Shown piece after piece: positions 62,501-64,000 of a stretch of 64,000 nucleotides of DNA (the stretch's first letter is position 1; each line of letters starts with the position of its first letter). The position numbers were made by a program, and so were the translations under genes. Source of the DNA: Azolla caroliniana (taxonomy: Eukaryota; Plantae; Polypodiophyta). The notes below the pieces were generated by a model. That model saw only the letters and a list, made by a program, of their open reading frames with translations, made no database searches and was not told where the DNA came from. The DNA lies in contig JBHGNT010000011.1 in NCBI GenBank assembly GCA_043228905.1, positions 10,230,001 to 10,294,000 on the forward strand, given 5' to 3'.

Positions 62501-63887
62501 CTTCAACTGGAATCGGGACAGTTATTTTATTGCTTGGAATGTCGTGTGTCCGTCCAAACATGATATCAATAAAGCACGATGTAGCCCTAGAATCCAAGAA
62601 AGCTTTTGTCTTCAAAGTGGTAGAGACAAACTGAAGAGTGATCGGAAGTGTGAAGCTTGTTGTCGAAGTGGTCGGTTGATTGGGCCCTGGACACAATTGT
62701 CGACTCTTGTGGACTAGATGCACAGCCCCTACTGCATCTGGACATTGGATTTTTCCTGTTGACAGAAAATGTCAACCCCATCCACACGATGTGGTGTTTG
62801 AAGGGGTCCCTTTTTTGGGCAAGAGCGGATCAAATGGTCAGGGCCGCCACAATAGAGACATAAATTGTTGGCCCGTCGATGTTGTCGTTGCGCGTTCGTC
62901 AATGGTTGGTAGCAAACTCGATTGATCTCCATTGGAGAGCTAGAATCTATGGCGGGAGTTGAAGATGAAGTAGAGTATGACATGAGATTCGGGGCCGTCA
63001 ACCATGGTAGGTGACTTCGTGTAGCGGCTGGCCAAGGTGGATGGATCCAGTGAGGATGTTCCTCTTGCCGGAACTCAAAGAGACGGTTATTGACGGGAAC
63101 TCAACGCTCCTTATGCACAAAGCTCGGCCACAACCGAGATTCTTTTCATACACAAAAAATAGGAAACGAAAACACGACACAAAGGAGAGGAAGATACACA
63201 GGAGGTTTACGTGGAAAACCCAAAGAGGGAAAAACCACGGCAGCCCACAGGCTGCAAACTGTCACTATGTGAGAATGTACAACAGTGAGTTCACTGAGGC
63301 AACGACCTCGTGCTCACAGATCTTCGCCACACGCGGCGGTTACAACAGAGGCAACGACCTCTTTCTCTCTCTCTCTCTCTCTGTACACTATTACGTGCTC
63401 TCTCTTCTTCTTGCACCAACAAGGAAGAATGATAACAACAACAGTTACTAAAAGTTTGCCCTAAGTCATATTTATACTAATATGACTTTTCGGCTATTTA
63501 CAAATGTAGCCTTGATGGGCTCTCAGAAACATATTTACGAATATGTCTCTTCATCCGGTTCTCACCGGGTCTGTACCATCCGGCTCTCCGTAGCCGGGTA
63601 CTCCTCATCCGGTTCATACCGGGCCTGCACCATCCGGCTCTCCGTAGCCGGTTACTCCTCATCCGGTTCATACCGGCCCTGCACCATCCGGAGGGACCTG
63701 TTTCCCAACAGTTATTGCAGCGCATAGCTTCGGAAATAGCCTCATTCAAAGATGTGGGCTTAGGAAAATCAAGCAAAAGATTTTTTATCTCACCTTGTAA
63801 TCCTCGACGGAATTGATCGAGGAGGGCTTGTCCATCCCATTCGACGTCGCAAGCGAGCTGACAAAATTCAGATGCATAGATTGATGT
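59596..63887 (-). pseudogene. pol: gag-pol of Z (degenerate)
   Basis: [72 protein letters not shown]. Confidence 0.88.
63091..63710 (-). mobile_element. Copia-family solo LTR inserted in Z gag
   Basis: TG..CA and perfect TSD GTTAT (63086-90 / 63711-15). Same family as 5901-6619. Confidence 0.92.
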
Positions 63888-64000
63888 TGTCATGATATGG
63901 TAAGACTCGAACCCATGACTTTATGTTACATGGGTGGAGCTCTTCACAATTAGACTATATGTTGTAATACGAAGAATATTATTTTCATTTGGAACATTCT
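63888..64000 (+). mobile_element. Start of another Y-family LTR inserted in Z gag (runs off window); contains tRNA-like module on - strand
   Basis: TGTCATGATATGGTAAGACTCGAACCCATGAC... is the reverse complement of the Y LTR end at 53690-53778. Confidence 0.85.

Larger units (their letters stand above)
17790..64000 (-). mobile_element. Chromovirus Gypsy Z (outermost host of the nest; 5' end beyond window)
   Basis: 3' LTR 17790-18082, PPT 18083-18097, chromodomain about 18110-18300 and integrase C-terminus to 18764. The integrase continues across element X at 59596 (FAHNN|TLHTST). RNaseH/RT 60450-61850, protease about 62385-62620 (FLDSRATSCF), gag 62729-63887. Confidence 0.85.

Noticed and set aside
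62729-62731. UAG read-through between gag and pol in the chromoviruses
   Set aside because: Protease lies in the -1 frame relative to the gag TAG in X and Z, so frameshifting fits better.

Overview
This is eukaryotic, almost entirely transposon-derived DNA, probably from a non-seed land plant such as a fern or lycophyte (inferred from Tcn1-like chromoviruses, plant tRNA-Met/Trp primer sites and microsatellite-tailed LINEs). No intact host gene is evident. Bases 1-14 kb hold an L1-type LINE remnant and two tandem copies of an RTE/RTEX-like LINE, one carrying a Copia solo LTR. A third copy of this LINE lies at 50.6-53.4 kb. From 14.9 kb to the end is a deep nest that target-site duplications (TSDs) largely resolve. 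Chromovirus Z (17790->64000, -) contains chromovirus X (18765-59590, +), which contains chromovirus Y (23063-53778, -). Y contains a Sola-like DNA transposon (itself holding a palindromic intronic satellite and a non-autonomous LTR element), a near-intact tRNA-Trp-primed Gypsy (37041-45008), a small deleted LTR element and the LINE. A Copia (54466-59220) sits in the 3' LTR of X. The most notable observation is that four different Gypsy LTR families each carry an antisense tRNA-like module, with A box and B box at canonical tRNA spacing. Also notable: three chromovirus families show Tf1-type self-priming complementarity instead of a tRNA PBS; -1 frameshift stem/pseudoknot signals are visible in five elements; and the DNA transposon carries an FCP1/NIF-like pseudo-phosphatase cargo. 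Letters (W, X, Y, Z, V, U, T, A-C) are my own labels.
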